The notes beneath the pieces are model-generated. The model did no database searches. It worked only from the letters and a program-made list of their open reading frames with translations, and was not told the DNA's origin. A program made the position numbers and the translations under genes. Shown one piece after another: positions 37,495 to 48,629 of a stretch of DNA of 64,000 nucleotides (position 1 is the first letter of the stretch; each line of letters opens with the position of its first letter). Source of the stretch: Hydrolagus colliei. Its lineage: Eukaryota. The stretch covers positions 558,001 to 622,000 of the forward strand of contig CM068757.1 of assembly GCA_035084275.1 (NCBI GenBank), in the 5' to 3' direction.

Positions 37495-38713
37495 TTTAAG
37501 TCTAGTTATACTTTGCTGTGGTCTTTTGATTGTTTAAAAGAAAATAGACATAAATCAGAATATAGCCATTGATTTTTATTCATTTTGGAACAAATTGAGG
37601 AGGTTGAACTCACTAGATTAAGCTTTTTTTGCACCATAATAAATAAAACATATTCTGTCAGGATCAGGGTGCATTATAATCTCATTAAAGCTTAATTACA
37701 AAATAAAAGATAAGACATGGGATGATGTTTCAGTAGCACAACATTGTTTGACTCCAAACAGAGGGAGCTTAATTCTTAGGGAATTCTTGTCACTCCAAAT
37801 TGCTTATGTCAGTTCGATGAGATTTGTCAGCTCTATGCAATGCTGCGAGACAGAGTACCATATTGAATAAAGATGGCCCCTCTTGGGTGAAGGAAGAAGC
37901 TGACATTGCTCCATGCCTCTCTTGTTAGTCAACTGAATCATGCATCCTAATAGCACAGTCTGCAGCTGCAGAGACACCTGCGGAGTGCATCAACCTGACA
38001 TCCTGCCTGAAGCAGGATGTGTGGTGCCAAGTGGCATGTGAGGATAGAAATTGAGTTGAAAATGGCAACAAAGAAAAATATTTTGGAAATGCTTTTGAAA
38101 TTTCCCATTGGAATTTGTAAACAGACATACATTTGCAAAATACCATGACATTTGTGTACAAGCAAAATTAGCAAACCGAATGTGCTAACTTAAAGTATGA
38201 CTTATAAATATTTACAGCCACGCACAGATTTCAATGAACACTGGTCCTGCGCCAGTGATCCAGCAAAATAACAGGGTGAAGAAACCTCCCATGTGTGTGA
38301 GAAAAGCAATAGAAGTATAGTTATCAACAGAATGGGGACAGTGATGTTAACTTTTTATAGGTTGCTGCAGGCTATGCATACCCACTACCAAAAATATGTT
38401 ACTGTATTTATTCTGGAATAACTCAACAAGATTGTATCATTGAACTAGTATGTGTGGTGTGAAGTGATATTCATTGGTATGCAGGCAGCAATGCAATAAT
38501 TATTTTAACTTTGCTCCACTTTTGAGAAAAGATTTAATGTACAATTGATTAGATTTACAAGTATCTAGCCTTGGCATATTGATATCTGAATGCTTTGCAG
38601 TCAACATTATAAGTAGTAACATCCCAATATTCTTATTCTGCAGGGGAGAAATAGTTAAGTAGGTCCAATTCCTCCTGATCATGACAAGGAAGGATTTCCA
38701 AATAATTTTTTTT

Positions 38714-39195
38714 AAATCTTGCATTTGGTGCAGTGCCTCCCAATGCAGAGGGACGTCCCAAAGCCCTTCACAAGAAACACATTGTAAAGTGCTAATGAAT
38801 TGTGCGTTTTGTGGGCAAAATGCGACAGAGCAAGAATGTCCCACAAGCAGCAACAATGGGTTGCATTTACATAATGCCTTTCATGTCCCAAAGTGCTGGA
38901 AACAGACATTGAGTGAATGACCAGTTTTATTTGGAGGATGTTGGCCAGGACCCCAGGATAAATGCTCTTCTCTCTTTGAATAGTACTATGGGATATTTAA
39001 TGTCCACCTTGACAAGCATAAGGAGCCTCAATTTAGCATATCATCCAAAGCGTGTCAACTCCCAACCATGCAGCACACCTCCAGCACTGCCCTGGATTAA
39101 CAGCTCAGAGGATACCAGTTCCAAGTCCCGACGTTGGGCTTGAACCCACAACTTTCTGCCTCAGAGCCAAGAGTGCTACCAACTGAGCCAGGATT
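38714..39195 (-). mobile_element. Old full-length DeuSINE-like element (tRNA head, Deu-like central domain, L2-type tail)
   Basis: Minus strand: GGCTCAGTTGGTAGCACTCTT...GTGGGTTCAAGCCC, then CAGTGCTGGAGGTGTGCTGCA...GGATGATATGCTAAATTGAGGC...AGGTGGACATTAAATATCCCATAGTACTATTC...GGGGTCCTGGCCAACAT; resembles the recalled SacSINE1/AmnSINE1 Deu domain. Confidence 0.7.
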
Positions 39196-39197
39196 CA

Positions 39198-39638
39198 TAA
39201 ATAAAATAATAACAATCCTGGCATTTGATGCAGCGCTTTTCACGCCTTCTAGAATACACTGTAAAGTGAATTGACAGTACAGTTGTGGGAGAAAACGCAG
39301 CAGCCAGGTGCGCACGCCGGCGTCCACACAAAACAGTGGATTTATAAAGTGACCAGTTTATTCTTCTTTTTTTTCATAGAATCATCTAATTTTACGGCAC
39401 AAAAGGAGCTCATTCAGCCCATCTAGTCTGTGCCGACTCTTTGAATAGAGCAACTCAATCCCACTGCCCAGCTCTCTCCCCATAGCCTAACAGACCTGTT
39501 CTCCCTAAATAAAGATCTAATTCTCTTTTTAAAAGCTGTTATCGAAAAGCTGTTTTCTTGAGGGATTATTATCAGGCGTGCGGAGTAAAGAAACTTGCCC
39601 AAGGTTTCGCCCTGACCTGCTGGGAATCGAACCCAAGT
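39198..39638 (-). mobile_element. Young SINE split by a CR1 3'-end insertion (about 39375-39549)
   Basis: SINE 3' half at 39198-39374 and 5' half at 39550-39638 flank CATAGAATC...ATTCAGCCCATCTAGTCTGTGCCGACTCTTTGAATAGAGC. Confidence 0.75.
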
Positions 39639-39639
39639 C

Positions 39640-39885
39640 TTATTCTTTCCCCCACCCCCCCACCCCTCCACTCTCCCATCTCTTCCTCTCTCTTTCCCCC
39701 TCCAGTCTTCTCACCTCTTCTTCTCTCCTTCTTCCTCTCCTCTCTGCTCTCTTCACCCCCCCCCCCCCCCCGCCCCCTCTCCACACCTCTCTTTCTTCTG
39801 CTTCTCTCTATCACTCTCTTCTCTCTTCCTTCCTCCTCTCATCGCGTCTCCTTCCCTCCTTCTCCTCCACCTTCTCCTCTCTCAC
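39640..39885. repeat. Polypyrimidine (CT-rich) low-complexity tract
   Basis: Almost entirely C/T on the plus strand. Confidence 0.9.
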
Positions 39886-39950
39886 TGTGTGTGTGTGCGA
39901 GACCGGCTCGTCTCGTCTTGTGTACAAGCAAACCCTGCAGCGGCGGGGTG

Positions 39951-40075
39951 GGAGAGCGGGCAGGTGAAGGGGGGAGAGCGGGCAGGCGAGGGGGGGAGAG
40001 CGGGCAGGCGAGGGGGGGAGAGCGGGCAGGTGAAGGGGGGAGAGCGGGCAGGCGAGGGGGGGAGAGCGAGCAGGC
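39951..40075. repeat. 22-bp G-rich minisatellite, five full copies plus one partial
   Basis: Unit GGAGAGCGGGCAGGYGARGGGG starting at 39951, 39973, 39995, 40017, 40039 and 40061. Confidence 0.95.
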
Positions 40076-40212
40076 CCAGAAGCCCTTCGTCCTCCTCTCT
40101 CACACTCTCCTCGAGAATTTAAAACGATTCAAAATATAAATCATATCTATCTATATCGACGCCTTGTAAACAAGGACGTCACTCGGGAGACGACTCTGCG
40201 GTTTGTTTGTAC

Positions 40213-40400
40213 CTTCGTCTCCTTTGAACGATGGAGGGAAAGGTAAGTGGGTGGTGGGGAGGGGGGAGAAACGAGAGGGCAAATCCTGTCAGACTGACTG
40301 ACAAACGGACGACAGCTGCTCGCGCTCTGACAGCCCGGCAGCTGCTTCCCCGCCCAACCGGCGAGGCATCCATTCACCAGGCGCCTTCCATCCACGGCCC
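40213..40400 (-). other. IMMP1L: Probable non-coding first exon of IMMP1L (5' limit unknown)
   Basis: The first coding exon is preceded by an acceptor, so an upstream exon is required; candidate minus-strand donor GAAG|gtacaa at 40213/40212. Confidence 0.4.
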
Positions 40401-40535
40401 GCCTCTCACCCAGGCTCGCACTTTTGTAAGGGCCCTTCCGATTGGCTGCTCCCGTGCCTTCTCCCACAATGCACCGCCAGGCAGGCCGGCGCCGTCGCTG
40501 CCATCCACCCACCTCCGCCCCCCAACACCACCAAG

Positions 40536-40692
40536 ATGGCGGCGCCCACAGTCACGAGTTTCCAACGCAGAAGCCGGAGCAAAACAGGCGGCGGGGCCTC
40601 TGCTGTTAATGTTTTGCCCGGGACTCGTGCCTCAGTCCACAACGGGCAACTGCTCGTCTCAACGGGAGTGCCGTCCCTCGATTACACCTTAG
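40536..40692 (+). CDS. ELP4: Elongator complex protein 4, exon 1
   Basis: aagATGG start; MAAPTVTSFQRRSRSKTGGGASAVNVLPGTRASVHNGQLLVSTGVPSLDYTL(G)|gtcagt; TSFQRR and GTR.SV.NGQLLVSTG.P.LD are ELP4 hallmarks. Confidence 0.96.
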
Positions 40693-40820
40693 GTCAGTCC
40701 GTTTCTCGCTCCCGAGTCTTGAGTCGGGCCGGACCATCCTTCCCCCCCCCTCCCCCCACCCACCAACCTCACCGTTGCCATAACAATACCATAGCTTTGC
40801 ATTCATCCAAAACAATGGAT

Positions 40821-41020
40821 AACAATCCCTCAAAAATAATAATAAAATTGGTTCATTTCAACCCACGACTGTTTGTGTGTGTGTGTGGGGGGGGGGGGGA
40901 GGCTGCTGTGCGCAATTGGCTGCCGCGTTTCGCCCACAAATATACACACAGTCGATTCACTTGGCAGTATGTTCTGTGAGGGGCTTTGACAAGGCGCTGT
41001 ACCTAATGCAAAGATTATTA
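40821..41020 (+). mobile_element. SINE 3' half
   Basis: AATCCCCTCAAAA...GCTGTGCGCAATTGGCTGCCGCGTTTCGCCCACAAATATAC...AATGCAAAGATTATT. Confidence 0.85.
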
Positions 41021-41482
41021 TATCGCCCTTCAACTTGCAGTAGTTTTGCGTGGGCAAATCGGCAGCACGTTTATTTCCAGTTCGAACAGGCAGCCGATCA
41101 GCCCCCCCCCCAAAAAAAAAATTATGTTCCACAGGACCATCTGACTCTACTGTCCTGATTATTAATAAGTTTCTCACCGTAATTAAAAATTTAACGAAGC
41201 CAAAGTGATCTGGTTATACGCTGATTCGACATGCACAGAAAAAAATGAATCTTGAACGGGTGAATCACAGCCCATCCCCGTGGGGTTAATTGAACACTGG
41301 TTTAAAATGTATCTCGATGTGTCTTGTACTAAGTTATTGTTTCAAAACTGAAAACTTAGAGGAGGAAATAAATCATCTGTTCGATGTTACATTCCGAGTC
41401 TGTGGATGTCTCCACTTCTTGGAAGAAGTGGAGACATCCTTGTGTGCTTCTGATACAATTGTTATTGTTCTAACGCTTGTCA

Positions 41483-41762
41483 CAACAATAACAATAATAA
41501 TAATCCTTGCATTTAATACAGGTTTTGAGACGTCTTCCAGACGTCTCAAAACGATTCACAGAATGTACCGCAAAGTGAATTAATTGTATATTTGTGGGCG
41601 AAAACAGTTGTGGATTTAGTGGCCAAATTATTATTGTTTTTTTTTCTTGAGGGATTATTATCTGGCATGTGGTGTAAGGAAACTTACCCAAGGTTTCATC
41701 CTGCCGGGAATTGAATCCAGGTCTCTTGCTTGCGAGACGAGAGCTCTAACCACTGAGTTCTG
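41483..41762 (-). mobile_element. SINE with head and tail, internally deleted
   Basis: Tail at 41483; head ending GAGCTCTAACCACTGAG. Confidence 0.85.
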
Positions 41763-42516
41763 TTGTTATTCCAACAATAACAATTGTGCAAACTCTAAAG
41801 TTGCGTTTCTGGATGTTTAGATTTTGTTTGTGAAAAATCTAAGTGCTCCGAGATGCTACCTCACTTGAAGGGTGCTATATAAATCCAGCAAGTTGTATCT
41901 TTTGTTGAAACAGATGTACAAATAATATACATTTGGGCTTTGTTATTTGTATGACTTTGTATATAAACATTAAACTAAAACGTATTGAAAGGCATCTTTT
42001 TAAAACAAAGTTTTAGGGTTTTATTGGTGAGCTTGACTAAGTAAGTAAAATCCTTCTTAAAGTGGGATATGCACACTACATTGATCAAAAGTGATTCAGT
42101 ATTGCGGAAATATATTAGATGCCATCTACAATTGGAATTAATGACATTGATGTTCGTATTCTCTTGTGTTAACTTGCCAATATTCTGGTACACCAGCATG
42201 TATAACAAAGTTGGCAATAGATTCTTTTTTCAAACATTAAAATGTATATTTTTTTATTAGTCCTCAATTATGTAAGCTAGTGCATAACATTATAATTTGC
42301 CTTTAAATATTCAGTAATTATATACTTGATATATTTTAATATACAGTATAATGAAATATATTATTTGTTCTGAAATTACGTGTGCACATAATGTAGATTA
42401 AAATTGGTGAAACGTAGAATTCTTTGATAAGAATCCAGTCAAAAATGTTCACTAGTTCTAATGTGAGATCTATTAAATACATAAACAGAAATGCTAATCA
42501 CAAATTTCTGTTTCAG

Positions 42517-42552
42517 GAGGGGGCCTAGCGGTTGGAACTCTTCTGCTCATTG
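42517..42552 (+). CDS. ELP4: ELP4 exon 2 (36 bp, phase 1-1)
   Basis: Branch-like CTAAT at 42494; tttcag|GA GGG GGC CTA GCG GTT GGA ACT CTT CTG CTC ATT G|gtaagt = GGGLAVGTLLLI(E). Confidence 0.96.
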
Positions 42553-44244
42553 GTAAGTGAAATGTTTTTGTAACTCGCCGGTCTTTCAGTTATAAGTGGA
42601 GGTTTTATTTAACCACTTGTTCAAATAATTGTTGTCTATCATGTGAAATCTGGCAATATGCTCCATGGTGTAGAAATGGAGATGGTGGTTTTGTGTAGGA
42701 TGGTGATTCTGAATTAGCAGGCACATTCCTTTTCACATCAGTATTTTTATCTTCCTGAGTGTGTTCATTTTCTGGTGGCGACACATATTGCATAAACTGT
42801 TGAATCAACTGTTTTGCTGGTTGTAATATCGGATCACAACCTTACCACGTTATCATAATCTTACAACAGCCATTTCTAAAACATAGAAATATGATATTGT
42901 AGAAACTAATTCTTCCTGAATTCAGGACTAAGTCTCCATGTCTTCTTAACTGGAATGGACCAAGATGTATGTGGAATCCTATCCTACTTACAAAATCTGT
43001 TTACCAGTGGGATAATATGAAATCCAATTTAATTGAAGTGTATTGTAGCAGCATATTATCTTCTCATCCTCTATCTGCTTTAGTACAAGGCTTGATTGTG
43101 GAACACCTTTACTATCATCCAGATTCACAAAGTATGAATTATTCTGTACCCAATAATAAGATGAATAAAATTGGATGAGCGCATTAGTTTTGAAAGAGTA
43201 CTCTTGCATCAGATGAATTTTGGTTAAAGTACATATTTCATACACATTTGTTGAAGCATAAACTCTGTGTAATCTGCATGACTTTGCATTTTAGTTGGCA
43301 AATTTCAAAATTAAAACTATTTTTTCCTCACCATAACAAATCTTGTTCATTTAAAAACACACATTACAACAACACAAATCAGTATTCTAAGCAGACAAAC
43401 ATGTACTCTGGAAGCATATATATTGTGACACATGTTCATAGTATTTTATTTAAACAGATCAGATTAAGTTATTTTCAATAGATGTATCTAATTTTGCCAT
43501 GTAGCATCAAATTACAGTAAAATTGCCATTAAAAAGTGCCTCAAGGCGTGCTACAGTAATTCCAGTATTAAAAGTGATATGATGTTTGCTTGTATAGCAG
43601 AAAATACAGATTTTTTTGTAGCTCTCTCTATTAAAATATTTTTTCTTTGAAATGTCATTTTTATCAAAGGCATTTGATCTCCTTTTATCTGACCGCGTCA
43701 GCTTCAACTGAAAAATAACCATTAATAATTTTCAATGTGAAAGGCATTACGTCAGTGTAATTTTGTTGTTGTTGTGATTGCTTGTAGGAAACAGTTTAGA
43801 CAGTTCAAATACTACTGTCTTGGGATAGCAGATTTTGCAAGTTATTTTATTGCAAGTTGATTGTCCATGAGTGCCACTACTATGTTGTTTTCACATGGAT
43901 TTCCAAAGCATACCTTGAATGATTTGATAATACATCAATTCCATGGATGATTGAATCTTAACGTTTGAAAACACGCCTGGTAGTTCTGACCACAACTTGA
44001 GTGATTATTTTGCTATGCAATGCTTTTAATTTCGCTGCCACGCATTGTCGCATCACTGGCATGTGAAATTGCTCAATCACATTAATGGTATTTTGTTTTA
44101 TTTGAACCTGTCTGACCAAAGGTAAAATTGTACATGGTTCTATTTGTCATGGTGTTTTATCTCTACTTCACTCCCTTCCCTTCATACCTTAAAGGCAATT
44201 GGCTAATTTTTCCTTTTGCTCTGGCATGGCTTAGCAGCCACTGA

Positions 44245-44450
44245 CTACTTTCTGGTAGCTTGCCAAAATGGTTATTGTGAGCTTGAACGGTGAGATAAGG
44301 CAGTCTATTTGACTGGGTACCCAACAACCAAACCCAATTCACTCACAACCCAATGTCAACTCGAACACACCATCCGGCAGTAAGTTTCTGGCTAGCAATA
44401 AGCACTCAGGAGAACTGATTGGGAACATTGACTGATTTCTGTTCATCACC
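44245..44450 (-). mobile_element. Ancient SINE relic, AmnSINE2-like
   Basis: Plus strand CCAAAATGGTTATTGTGAGCTTGAACGGTGAG...GGCAGTCTATTTGACTG...GACTGATTT, inverse-colinear with the 35820 copy. Confidence 0.45.
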
Positions 44451-45036
44451 CCCCCCACCCCCCCGACCATTACAGTAAATGAGTAAGAGTCATAACAAGT
44501 TCACTCTTATGATTTCCTCCTCTCCCTCAAACGTTATGTGAAATTCTGAAAATGGGTCAGCCATATCAAATGATCCATAGAGCTTTTCCTCTTGTCCAGA
44601 ATAATCTTACAAAATTGATGAGTTGACCCCTAAATTACCTCAGGTTATTGTTGTGTTGTTATTCAAATGTGTTAAGAGCTCAGGTGTATTACAGAAGGTC
44701 AGGCAGTGCGATGTTCACCTATTCACAAAACAGATTTTCTCTTCAATCAATTCCACCATTGCTCAGATTGATTTCTGAGGAGGAATTGCTGATCCTTAAA
44801 TTTCCAAATGCATTAACTGGTTAATTCAATCAACCAATGATGAATCGGAGTGTTATTAAACTGTTAGTTTGCTTCAGTATTAAAATACCCCAGAGAATGC
44901 CTGTATGCACAAACTGGAATAAATCCAGATTGTAATATTTGGAAAAACTTACATAAAATCAGAATTCTACATGTGTTTTTTGAAACGGACGTTTTCTGAA
45001 ATTATCGCAATGGATAAATCGAGGATCAAGCCCAAA

Positions 45037-45281
45037 CTTGCATTTCATATAGCGCTTTTCATCTCTTCGAGACGTCTCTCACAGCACTTCACAGAATACA
45101 TTGTAAAGCGAATTGACTGTACATATGTGGGCAAAACGCGGCAGCCAATCGCGCACAGCAGTGTCCCACAAACAGTCGTGGATTGCAATTACCAATTTAT
45201 TATATTTTTGAGGGATTATTATCTGCCGTGTGGAGTCAGGAAACTGGCCCATTGTTTCACCATGCCTGGAATTGAACCCAA
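45037..45281 (-). mobile_element. SINE lacking the 5' part of the head
   Basis: CTTGCATTTCATATAGCGC...GCAGCCAATCGCGCACAGC...GAGGGATTATTATC...GGAATTGAACCC. Confidence 0.85.
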
Positions 45282-45479
45282 AGTTTTGTGAATCATGGCG
45301 TGGAACTTCTCTGCATGTCCTGGCCCAGAGCAGACTCACTTCAATGAGTTATGTTCATGGTTTGTTACCAAAGACATATTGTATGTGTAGAACACTGCTT
45401 GCATTCTCCCCTGCCCTAAAAGTGTGTTACAGCAGAGTGCACAGCCTTGGAAGAAAATAGAATTGTAGAAAATGAAGAA

Positions 45480-45575
45480 ATAATAAAAATCCTTGCATTT
45501 GGTATAGCGCTTTTCACATCTTATCGACGTCAGAATGTACTGCAAAGTGAATTGACTGTACATTTGTGGGCGAAA
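45480..45575 (-). mobile_element. SINE 3' tail
   Basis: ATCCTTGCATTTGGTATAGCGCTTTTCACATCTTATCGACGTC. Confidence 0.8.
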
Positions 45576-46782
45576 GTGGTTATGTTACAAGATTCCAAGG
45601 TTAAGTGTCTACTGGGTAGTAAAAGCTTGCGTGAATGTTGCCAAGTGGCTTCTTTGACTTTGGTACACCAAACACTGGCCCCCTTGATACTGAATTTAAC
45701 ATGTGCACAATTTACATTTTGTTTCAGAGAAACCGCGCTTTGTGCAATGCTCTTTTATGAGCAGTACGCGGAGCAGAAGTTAAGCTAATGTGCTGGAAAC
45801 AATTTATTCTCTGGCTTTAGGGAACGAGCTCGTAACTGTTAGGGTGCAGGCATCTAAAATTGGGCCCAACACGTTGTTTGATTGAATCACAGCACTGGAA
45901 ACGGATCAGCCAAACGCTCATGTTTAAAGAAATTAAGTGAAAGGAGAGTACTCCATCCATGTTATGTGACTGAACTTGGGCACAGCCCTGGATTGTGTGA
46001 GACCTCAGGTGTGTTGCGCAGGGATCTGGAAACACAATGTAGCTAATGTTCCATAATGTTAAATTGATGTCATTAACCGCGCAAGCTTTCTTTCATCAAC
46101 CATTATTTCTTGATTATTTCCTTTTAAGAAGTAATGATTTCTCCACCTTCACACGCATTTGAACTGGTTAATTGAACCCAATGATAGTGGATTTGGGTGT
46201 TATTTACATTCAGTTAATGTGTGTTCGTCTCTTGAAATAGCGACACATGGTAATGTTTGGAAGTGCCAGTAAGTAATTTACTTTCTTTTTTATATTAAAC
46301 AAAGCCTTTCAGTTCACCATCCATGTTTCTCTCTTTGAGATAACCTTACCTTTCTAACTAATAGGACTGTTCTAATTTCCGCTGAAAGGCACTCTTCCTT
46401 TATTTCCAAAAATAGCAATATTCAACTTTAGCTAAAACTCGGCAGACCTCAGCTCAAAGGTTAGGTGGCCGTAAGCACTTTTGGAATGCTGGTGAAAGCT
46501 CGGAGCAGTTGAATAAAATGCTGCAACTTGTCTCTCTCGCTCTCTCTCTCTCTTCCGAAAAAAAGACAGCATTACACTTGTAGACATGAAACACCAAAAA
46601 TGGCTCATTTGTTGCAATTAGTCAAAAAGTGTAATGTCACATTCTACAATAATTCTTGTTTGCCTTACAGGGACAGCCACACACAGTAAGTAACTTGTCA
46701 AGTTCCAACTAATGTGCTCCACGATTTGGACGACACACTGTCTGGAGGTTAGAAATGTTTTGCCACATCTGATAAATAAGTG

Positions 46783-47106
46783 GAGTCCTGTAGCTCAGTG
46801 GTTAGAGCACTCGCCTTGCACGTGAGAAACCTGGTTTTGATTCCAGGCAGGTCAGGGTGAAACCTGGGCATGTTTCCTTATTCCACGCTCCTAATAATAA
46901 TCCCTCGAAAAAACCCAATAATAGATTGGTCAATTCAATCCACGACTGTTTGTGGGGGACGCTGCTGTGCGCAATTTTGGCTGCCGCATTTCGCCCACAA
47001 TTATACAGTCAATTCACTTTACAGTATATTCCGTGAAGTGCTTTGAGATGTCTAGAAGACGTGAAAAGTGCTATATCAAAATGCAAGGATTATGATTATT
47101 ATTATT
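46783..47106 (+). mobile_element. Full-length tRNA-Ala-derived SINE
   Basis: GAGTCCTGTAGCTCAGTGGTTAGAGCACTCGCCTTGCACGTGAG head, complete body, GCAAGGATTATGATTATTATT tail. Confidence 0.92.
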
Positions 47107-48629
47107 AAATGTCGCATTTAACTTTTGTGGACCTATCATAGTCTACCACACAGATGGTGAAGTGTTGTTTTACTGCTTTTCGCATAGGTGTTTTATAAGC
47201 TTTTAAGACAACCCCTCAATGGAAATGAGCAAATCATAATGCAATGAAATTATCAGCATAATAATAATAATTAAAAGTTGCTTCATTGAATAGCCTCCAT
47301 TTTTCTAACTTTATTTCAGTTATTACCACCAAGCCGAGAGCCACCTATCCCAACAATCCAACTTAATTTGTTCATTTTGCCCCCTGTCAAGGCCAAATTA
47401 TTATTCAATGCAGTAACCACATTGTTCCAGACTTGTGCAGTATTTCCACGCGCTGCCACATCTCATTTTCACTTGTTGGCTTCCTCGGTTGCTGGACTGT
47501 ATCACTCCTGTTTGCTGTTTACAAGCACACGTTACTGCATCATTAGGCGCGTATCGTTCCCTCTGAAACGCGAACCCCCCCCCACCCCCCCCTCCGGTTG
47601 GCTGCTTACAGATGTGTGTGAATAATTGTTCAGAACTTGGGTAGTCAGTGGAAACCTTGATATGTGCGTGCGCCAAAGTCACCGCGGCATATGATTGGGT
47701 CAATAAATTGCATTTACAGATCTCCAGAGTACTACAATATTTGTTTATAATTTATTTTTAATATGGTGGACAGCTGTTCTTCCACCAGACCTACTCTGGA
47801 GGGTCTGCTAAAAGGTACATCAGGTTGGCTCATGCTGACTTCTTGCACTAATGGGTCAATTTATTTTCCAGCCTACCGGTAAATTGTTTTGTGTTTTTAA
47901 ATCATTGTTTATCCCGATAACCAGGGCTGAGAGTAAAATTATGCTGGGCAAGTCAGGCAAGAGTATGCATCCTCTAATTCTGTTCAATTACCGTCAACAG
48001 AATAGAAGCATTAACTTTTTTTTCCCCCGCAAGGGAATTCATATGTGAGTTTTCAGCAAGTATAATGATGTGAAAACAATTTGGAAACAATCACTATGAG
48101 CAGTGTACAGTGGCATTGCAGTCCATGACTATCCATTTCCAAGTCTAATGGCCTGATTTCTGGGTACACCACACCATGGTATTTAACACACAAACATACC
48201 TATGGTTAATTGTTTGTTGCTAGTTTGTGTTGAGATGCCCTTGTCATTAGCTCCATGAATAAATTGCTCTTAAGTAGCTCTGACCCTTCAGCTAATCCTT
48301 TAATCCTTTCACACCTGTTTGGCAGCATGTCTTTTAACCTTTTCCTTTAGTTAATTGCTTGAAGAAAATCTAAAACCTGTCTCGTTTTCTTAGATATTCC
48401 CTTTAAGCTGATTGACTATCATAAATATCAGAGGCAAATATTTATTTGGTAGTGAGAGGTCTTCACTGGAATGAATGGAATAATGATCTCAGGCCAGTTT
48501 TTGGGGATGTATTGTTGATTCTCCCATTTGTGGTAGAACAATAGGTCAATAGATTTAATATAGTGGGGGTTTTTAATATAATAATCCTGTATTGGGAGCA
48601 GTTTCCGCAAGTGATTCAAGTTTGACCCA

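Larger units (their letters stand above)
40155..40735. promoter_or_regulatory. CpG island / bidirectional promoter of IMMP1L (-) and ELP4 (+)
   Basis: GC- and CpG-rich; half-CRE GACGTCA at about 40175, ATTGG (CCAAT) at 40441-40445, ZNF143/Staf motif CTCCCACAATGCACCGC at 40461-40477, GC box at 40515-40520, YY1 motif CAAGATGGCGGC at 40532-40543. Confidence 0.85.

Noticed and set aside
26485-37870. Scattered GGTTGCCA-like ends suggesting decayed MITE or DNA transposon relics (about 26490, 29830, 33365, 37740)
   Set aside because: Too degenerate to pair terminal inverted repeats or define boundaries by eye; needs a profile search
39951-40075. CRISPR-like array
   Set aside because: Head-to-tail tandem repeat without unique spacers, in a eukaryotic context with no cas genes
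39558-40139. 193-aa ORF and overlapping ORFs
   Set aside because: Made of a SINE head, a CT tract and the 22-bp minisatellite; low-complexity translation
40147-40692. Several 60-150 aa ORFs on both strands in the CpG island
   Set aside because: Stop codons are rare in GC-rich DNA; only the frame starting at 40536 matches a known protein
40693-40979. C-terminal part of the 147-aa ORF from 40536
   Set aside because: ELP4 similarity ends at the donor at 40692; the rest is intron and SINE read-through
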